Source of the DNA: Hyaloraphidium curvatum SAG 235-1
Taxonomy: Eukaryota > Fungi > Monoblepharomycota
Reading direction: 5' to 3'
Assembly: GCA_025558095.1 (NCBI GenBank)
Contig: JAIVFI010000018.1
Location: forward strand, 620,001-684,000
DNA: 64,000 bases
The notes beneath the pieces are model-generated. The model had not been told where the DNA came from, did not search any database, and saw only the letters and a list, made by a program, of their open reading frames with translations. This document shows, piece by piece, positions 57,314 to 64,000 of this stretch. Positions within the stretch are counted from its first letter, which is position 1, and each line of letters begins with the position of its first letter. Position numbers and translations under genes: made by a program.

Positions 57314-58956
57314 ATGCTGTCGCTCTTCCTCTCGCTGCTCGCCGGGGCCTTCGTCCTCCTCGCCTACCTCACCCGGACGCGCAACCCCAAAGTGCCCGGC
57401 CCGCCGACATGGCCCATCATCGGCGCGCTGCCGACCTTCTTTGAGTTCATTAAGCGTAGTCGCCCAGGCCTCGGGCTGGCGGAGATCGCGAAGCGCCACG
57501 GCCCCGTCGCGCGGCTGACGATTCCGGGGGGCGACGGGGTCATCGTGTCGGATCCGGCCATTGCGCGGCGGGTGCTCCGCGGGGACGGCGGGAAGATCGT
57601 CAAGGGCGACGAGACGGAGCATGCCATGGTGCGTTTCCGAATGAGAGCCGCAATGACGCGTTACTGACGCAGCGGGCGCTATCCCACTGGGATGAATGGC
57701 ATGATCAACCGTGGCTTCCAGCACGACATCGCGCCCAAAGGTCTCTTTGTCTTTGCGGATGGCCCCGACTGGACGCGCCACCGCAAGCGCCTCCAGCCCG
57801 CCTTTGGCCCCGTGCATCTCCGCAACGCGCTCGGGATCGCCTCGGAAATTGCCGACAAGCTCTACGGTATCTACGACGCCAAGATCGGAACGAAGGAGGC
57901 CGAAGCCGGGTTCGACTTTTACAGCGGCCTGACGAGCGCGGTCGCCGACGTGCTGGGGAGGATGGCGTTCAGCTACGATTTCGGAAACCTCGAGGCGATG
58001 GTCGACCCGTCGAACCCGCGGGAGACGTACAACAACCTGGAGAAGCTGCTACAGGTCTTTTCCGACCGCGTCTTCACCGTTCCTCGCCCCTTCTGGAACC
58101 TCGCCGGGCTGGGCAGCGAGAGTGTCAAGCCGGTGACGGCCAGGGTGCGGGCGGTCGTGGACGAGGTGATCGCCGCAAGGAAGAAGGCCCGGGAGGGGGG
58201 GAAGGAGAGGCCGGAGAAGGAGATGGACGTGCTCGACAGGCTGATGGCGCAGACCGCGGACGGGGAGGCCGCGTTCACGCAGGACGAGATCGTGGACGAG
58301 GTGCTCGCGTTCTACATGGCCGGTTGGTGGTCACTGAGTGGGCTCGATGTGCTGTTTTCTCACGCAATCGTTGTCGGACAGGCCAAGATGCAATGGCGAA
58401 CGCCCTGGTCTGGTTCGTTTACGCCCTGTCGCAGAACCCCGCAGAGCAGGACAAGATCCACGACGAGATCTGCCGCGTCGTCGCGGATCACACGGGTCGG
58501 CCGACCTACGACGAGCTCAACGAGCTGCGCTACCTCGACGCGGCCTTCCGCGAATCCCTCCGCCTGCACACCGTGCTCGCCCAGCCCGCGCCCCGCGTCG
58601 TCGTGCAGCCAACCGAGCTCGGCGGTTACCCGATCGCCCCCGGCACGCAGGTCTTTGTCATGGTCGCCGCGATGCACTCGGACCCCTCGCTGTGGCCCGA
58701 CCCGGGGTCGTACCTCCCCGCGCGGCACCTCGCGGACGGCAAGGAGGAAAAGGACTCGTCGGCGTACCTGCCCTTCTCGGACGGCCCGCACCAGTGCCCC
58801 GGCATGCGGCTGGCGTACCTCGAGGGCAAGGCGTTCGTGGCGCCGCTGGTGCGGAGGTACAGGATCAGCCTGGTGCCGGGGCAGGATCTGGAGCCGGTGG
58901 AGGCGGTCAGCACGGGCTTGAGGAAGGGGCTGAAGCTGCGGTTGGAGAGGAGGTGA
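57314..58956 (+). CDS. Cytochrome P450 with an atypical I-helix (AGQDA) and heme motif ([10 protein letters not shown]); 3 exons
   Basis: It has a TM anchor, [26 protein letters not shown] and [11 protein letters not shown]. Introns are inferred at ~57629-57721 and 58323-58381. Confidence 0.9.
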
Positions 58957-59061
58957 ACTGGCTGAGCAATCTGCATGTAGCGATCTGCGTGCGGTTGGAT
59001 TCGAACGACGCGCGTAAACAACCCTGTGTGTCCCGGGCGCCCTTCGCCGTCCCTTCCCGCG

Positions 59062-60874
59062 ATGGCCACGCCGACGGCGCTCACGATCGCGGGGTCCGAC
59101 AGCGGTGGCGGCGCGGGCATCCAGGCGGACCTCAAGACGTTCAGCGCGTTCGGCGTGTTCGGCACGTCGGTCGTCGCGGCGCTCACCGCGCAGAACACGA
59201 AAGGCGTGCAGGGCGTCGTCGCCGTCGAGCCATCGTTCGTGGAGGCGCAGTGCGAGTCGGTACTCTCGGACATCGGGGCGGGTGCGGTGAAGACAGGTGG
59301 GCGACGCGTCCTCCTGTCGGGACCGGACGCGAGTTGACGCGTCTTCTGCCCTTTAGGCATGCTTTTCTCGGCACCCATTATCGGGGTGGTCGCTTCGCAG
59401 CTGCGCAAGCACGGCGTGGCGCGGCTGGTCGTGGACCCCGTCATGGTCAGCTCGTCCGGCAGCCGGCTGCTGAGCGAGGACGCCGTTGCCGCCCTGGCCG
59501 AGGACCTAATCCCGCTGGCCACCGTGTTGACCCCCAACACGCCCGAGGCCGAGGTGCTGTTGCAGCAAGCCGGGCGGCCCATGAAGATCGCGTCGGTGGA
59601 GGACATGAAGGTCGCCGCTCGCGCGATTCGCGAGGCGTTCGGGCCGCAGTACGTGCTGCTCAAAGGCGGCCACCTTCCCGTGTCCGACATTGCCTCTCCT
59701 GAGGTCGACGACGTGCGGACCGTGTTCCTTCCTTCCCCGACGCCGGATGCCAAGGGGCAGAACGGCGCGGCTTCGCACGTCGTAGACGTCCTCTACGACG
59801 GGCAGACCTTTGTGCAGTACCCGAAACCTCACCGCCGGACGCGCAACCTGCACGGGACGGGCTGCACGCTGTCGGCGGCCATCGCCGCGGGGCTGGCGCT
59901 GGGGAAGCCCGTGCCCGAGGCGGTTGAAGCGGCCCTGGTCTACCTCTCCAAGGCCATCGCCCCCGGCAAACCGTTTGCCGTCGGCACGGGAGCGCACGGG
60001 CCCGTGAACCACCTGCACTCCATCACCGCCGTGGCAACCCTGCTCGAGGCGCCTTCCGCGCCGCCTCCCGCCCCGTGGTCGGCCGTCGGCGCCGGCACCG
60101 ACCTCGCCTCCCGTCTCATCGCCTCCTGCCCCGCCGAATGGCAATTTTTCGTCGACCACCCCTTTGTCCGCGGCATGGCCGACGGCACCCTTCCCCCGGA
60201 ATCCTTCAGGCACTACATGGTCCAGGATTACCTCTACCTCACGCACTTTGCCCGCGCCTACGCGCTCGCGGCCTACAAGGAGCAGCGCATGGACGACATC
60301 CTCCGCGCCGCCGGAACGGTGCTCCAGATCGGCCGCGAGACCGAGCTGCACGTCGCGTGGTGCGCCCGCCTCGGCATATCGAAGGAGGAGCTCGACGCCG
60401 CCCCGGAGGCCGTGGCCAACCTGTCCTACACCCGGTTCTTCCTCGAGAAGGGAGTCAGCGGGGACAGGCTGGATCTCAGGGTGGCGCTGGCGCCGTGCTT
60501 GCTGGGGTACGGGGTGATCGGGAAGAGGTTGGCGGAGGATCCGGCGACAAAGAGGGGTGGGTGGCAGGTGCGCGGGCCGGATTGGCCTTGGCTCACCTGT
60601 GTCTGGCAGACGGCAACCCGTACTGGGAGTGGATCGAGGCCTACGCCGCGGACGACTACCAGGAGGCCTGCCGCGAAGGCCGGGGTGGGTGCTCGCTCCG
60701 CCGTCGGCCGGATGCCGCTGACCGTGGTCCGCAGAGGAGCTCGAAAAGCTGTCCAAGGAGCTGCTTCCCGAGTCGAGCAAGGCCAGGATGCGGCAGCTGT
60801 GCGAAACGTTCCGCCAGGGCACGGTTCTGGAGGCCAAGTTCTGGGACAGTGGGTTCTCCCCCGGGCGTTGGTAG
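59062..60874 (+). CDS. THI20: HMP/HMP-P kinase fused to TenA (thiaminase II); 4 exons
   Basis: The ThiD part has [27 protein letters not shown]|GML, VDPVM, TPNTPEA, LKGGH and [12 protein letters not shown]. The TenA part has [33 protein letters not shown] and EAKFWD. Confidence 0.95.
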
Positions 60875-60957
60875 GGCACGCCGCTAACCCGGTCGACAGT
60901 GGGGCTTCACTTGCAAGACTAGATCTCTTTCTCATTTGGGCTCTGAGCAATCGAACA

Positions 60958-62624
60958 TCACTCGACCACCTCCACCTTGGCCATCTTCTCCAGAATCTCG
61001 GGCGTGAGCGCGTACAGCGCGTCGAAGAGCGCCGTCTTGAAGCTCCCCGGCCCCTGCACGGGGCCCTGGGCCACCGCCATCTCCGCCGCGATCCCCATGG
61101 CCAGCACGCCGCCCGCCGCCGCGACCAGGTTGGCGTCCCATTCGAGGGCGACCCCCTTTGCCGCCCCCGCGAACGCACCGCACAGGGCCGCGGTGTCGCA
61201 GCCGGTGCCGGTGATCCTCCCCAGCCACTCGTTCCCGTTCGCCAGCTTGACCACCGCTCCGCCTCCCGGGGCGACGAGGTGGTCCACCGGCCCCGTCATG
61301 GCCACCGCCGCCCCGCTCTCCTTCGCCAGTCGCCTCACTAACCCCTCCGGGCCCGCAACCTCGCCCTCCGAATCCACGCCCCGCGACACGGGGCCGTCCG
61401 AACCAGCCAGGAACGCGACCTCGGCCGCGTTCCCCTTGATTATGCCCACGCGCACCCCCGCGACGATCTCGCGCGACACCCGTTGGCGGTACGGGCTCGC
61501 GCCGGCGCCGACGGGGTCCAGCACCACGGGAAGGCCGAGCTCGTTGGCGCGGCGGCCGGCGGCCAGGAAGGAGGGGGAGGTTTCCTCGGCGAGGGTGCCG
61601 ATGTTGATCACGAGGGCGCTGCAGATGGAGATGATGTCGGCGACCTCGGACATGCTGCGAGACAAGAGGGAATGTGAACGTGGAACAGACATCGGAGCGA
61701 CGGTCTGTACCTGTGGGCCATGATCGGCGAGGCGCCGATGGCGAGCAGCACGTTCGCGTTGTCGTTCATGACAACAAAGTTGGTGATCGAATGCACGAGG
61801 GGCCTCTTCTCCTTGACGGCGCGGAAGAGCGTGACGACGTCCTTGACAAAGGACTCGGCTTTGGGGCTGCGGCCCGGGGAAGCTGGCCCTCTCGGCACCG
61901 CGTCACCGGCAGCCAGGCGGGGCCGGACGATGGCAGCAAGCTCCTCCGTGGCCAATTTTGCGTCAGGTTGAGCCACGATCGCAGAAACCACGGCCAGGCC
62001 GGCGAGACCGCGCTCAGGCTTGTCGCCATCGGCCGCCAGCTTCGCCCCTTCGAGCACGGCGGCCGCATTGTCCCTGCCGATGCCACCGATCGCGACGATG
62101 GGGATCGGCCGCTTCCCAGCGGCGTGCTCCGCGTCCCTCAGCGCCGACAGGATGGCCTTGAGGCCTTCGATGCCGATCGAGCCCCCGCCGTCGTCGTAGA
62201 CCTTGGTCTTTGTCGGAAACACGCCCGCGGTACCCAAATAATCGGCACCGGCGTTCAGCGCCTCGACGGCCTGCCTCGGATCCTCCGCCGTCACGCCGAT
62301 GATCGCGTCCTCGCCGAGCAGCTTCCGTGCCTGCGCGAGCGGCATGTCCGACTGCCCGACGTGCACGCCGTCCGCGCCGACGGCCAGCGCGACATCGACG
62401 CGGTCGTTGATGAGCAGCGGCACGCCGCGGGCGCGGCACAGCGCGGCAATCTCGCGCGCGAGCTCGATGAACGGCCGCGTCGACGCGTTCTTCTCGCGGA
62501 GCTGGACGATCGTCGCCCCGCCGCGCAGCGCCTCGTCCACGACGCCCGGCAGCGTCCTGCCGGGCGGGACGAGCGTCGAGTCGGTGACGAGGTAGACGGA
62601 GAGGTCGAGCGGCGGACGGGGCAT
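60958..62624 (-). CDS. THI6: Thiamine-phosphate synthase fused to hydroxyethylthiazole kinase; 2 exons
   Basis: The ThiE part has [32 protein letters not shown] and VAIGGI. The ThiM part has [50 protein letters not shown] and ITGTGC. The intron is ~61710-61655. Confidence 0.95.
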
Positions 62625-62740
62625 CTCTTCGATGGTGAGGTTGCTGTCGATTCGCCGTCTCCCGCTGTTCCTCGCTCCGCACCCGCCGATCCGTCCGCAC
62701 AAAGATATACGTCACGAAACAGAGCATCCACGAATAAGAA

Positions 62741-64000
62741 TCAAGTCTCCAGGTACTCCTTGATCTCCCCGTCCATGACGAGAATCATCCTGGCCACCGA
62801 TCTGCCCGGATCTCCCACAGCGAGCAAGCGCGGATCCAGCTTCCCGACGTCCGTCTCCAGCTCGGGCGCGGCATCCCCCAGTGGAAAATCTTCCGGCGCG
62901 TCGATGCCGGCCTCGAGGATTGTGCGCCTGAAGTTTTGCGCCACCTTCCGCACTGCCATGCGGACGAGGAGGTCAGCAAGCTCTGCGCGCAACCGCGAGC
63001 GAAACCCACTGAAAGGCCCGTGCCTCAATGCCAGCCAGTCCAGCGTTCTCGCTGCTACGGCCACATCGCCCTCCAGTCCGGTGGCGGGCTGCCCGGCCCT
63101 CCTCAGCAGCCCGATCACCGCGACCCCCAGCGATCCCATCCTCAGGCACGGCGTGACGAGCGTAAAGTGCGTGAGCTTGCACCACGGATCCCATGCGCGG
63201 ATGCCCTCGAACATGCGGGAGATTAGGATGGCGTTCTCGAGTACGTGCACAAAGGCGCGCGAGGCGAAGACGGTCCCTGGTGCGGAAGACGGGACGGCGT
63301 CTGCGTCTAAGAAGTAGTGCTCCATTTGTAACCCCCGGATGCAGGTGCAGAGGACGGCTGCGAGAGCTGCGTGCGCAGGATCCGCGAAGCTGGTGGCCCA
63401 GCCCTCGAGGAGCGGGTCTGGGTTGCCGTCGGCGAGGGGTTCCGCGATTCCGGCCGGGAGGGAGGAAAACACGGCATCGGCGACGGCGGTGAAGACCTCG
63501 ACGAGGGACACGAAGGCCCCTTCCGGGGGGCTGCGGGCCTCGGCCGGCTTGGCGAAGCAGTCCAAGGGGTCGATGCCGAGCGATGCCGCAAAGGCACGGA
63601 GCTGGAACCGCATGCGGCGCAGCAACGCAATGACGACGACGAAGACGAGCTGCGAGGCGCGGATGCCGAAGAAGGGTTCGAGGAGGGAGCGCACGAGGAG
63701 GACGCCCTCTTCCGCGGAAGGATTGGAGAAGAACGGCCGGAAATCCACGTAGGCCGGGAGGGAGGTGCCGTTCGCACGTGCGGCAGCGAGCAAATGAAAA
63801 CCGTACTCGGGATCAGGATGCAGGAAGTAGGCCTCGTGGCAAGGCAGCATCAGTTGTGCGCTGGAAAAGTCGCAAAGCGGTTCCTTGCGCAGCATGTAGG
63901 CGGCCGAGCTGTCGAGATTTGTGAGGGTGATCCAGGAGCGGACGATCATTTCTCCACGCAGCCACTCATCCCACCGCTTCTGAGGCTGTGACCACATGAT
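62741..64000 (-). CDS. 3' part of a hypothetical protein (5' end outside the window)
   Basis: The frame is open for at least 418 codons with GC3 bias and is Leu/Ala/Phe-rich and helical. I recognise no catalytic motif; a fungal transcription-factor-associated domain is possible. Confidence 0.55.
   Translation of the reverse strand: MMWSQPQKRWDEWLRGEMIVRSWITLTNLDSSAAYMLRKEPLCDFSSAQLMLPCHEAYFLHPDPEYGFHLLAAARANGTSLPAYVDFRPFFSNPSAEEGVLLVRSLLEPFFGIRASQLVFVVVIALLRRMRFQLRAFAASLGIDPLDCFAKPAEARSPPEGAFVSLVEVFTAVADAVFSSLPAGIAEPLADGNPDPLLEGWATSFADPAHAALAAVLCTCIRGLQMEHYFLDADAVPSSAPGTVFASRAFVHVLENAILISRMFEGIRAWDPWCKLTHFTLVTPCLRMGSLGVAVIGLLRRAGQPATGLEGDVAVAARTLDWLALRHGPFSGFRSRLRAELADLLVRMAVRKVAQNFRRTILEAGIDAPEDFPLGDAAPELETDVGKLDPRLLAVGDPGRSVARMILVMDGEIKEYLET

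Noticed and set aside
58957-62740. TPP riboswitch near the thiamine genes
   Set aside because: No CUGAGA plus AUACC/GAACCUGAU core was seen in introns or UTRs by eye; an Infernal scan is needed to exclude it fully.
1-64000. Genome-wide UAG-to-sense reassignment
   Set aside because: Many genes end in TAG at the expected C-terminus (e.g. 42987, 52336, 60872), so a simple global reassignment is not supported.
1-64000. Transposase/retroelement genes, rRNA, or bacterial contamination
   Set aside because: No RT, integrase, DDE or rRNA motifs were seen; bacterial-like genes are interleaved with intron-rich eukaryotic genes.

Overview
This is GC-rich, gene-dense eukaryotic nuclear DNA. Introns are mostly 50-65 nt with GTGGGT/GTGAG/GTACG-type donors, CTGAC/CTAAC-like branch points and YAG acceptors. 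Fungal-type fusions (THI20, THI6), an Anp1/Mnn9 glycosyltransferase and a hybrid histidine kinase point to an early-diverging fungus; a chytrid/monoblepharid such as Hyaloraphidium is my inference. About 29 genes can be reconstructed: proline dehydrogenase, TauD dioxygenase, thaumatin-like protein, M20 amidohydrolase, thioesterase, DHX57-like helicase, IMPa-type metalloprotease, GT62, hybrid histidine kinase, RIC1, a divergent GT90/GT61 pair, a membrane-anchored repeat protein, CaiB/BaiF CoA-transferase, SDR, a peroxisomal double-SDR, AFG1 ATPase, a Rap1-Myb protein, ketopantoate reductase-like protein, two P450s and a tail-to-tail THI20/THI6 thiamine pair. The main oddities are: (1) a three-exon type II membrane protein with about 660 aa of regular 14/23-aa 'xAxQ(I/V)TG' repeats resembling a fibre or beta-solenoid; (2) three otherwise intact genes each broken by a single in-frame TAG; (3) several bacterial-looking genes, including an intron-containing IMPa protease and a YwbE-like module inside DHX57; (4) a complete thiamine-salvage gene pair; (5) a P450 with desaturase-like QDA/GPHQC motifs; and (6) two strongly structured intergenic stretches. 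Exon boundaries were inferred by eye, and no searches were run.
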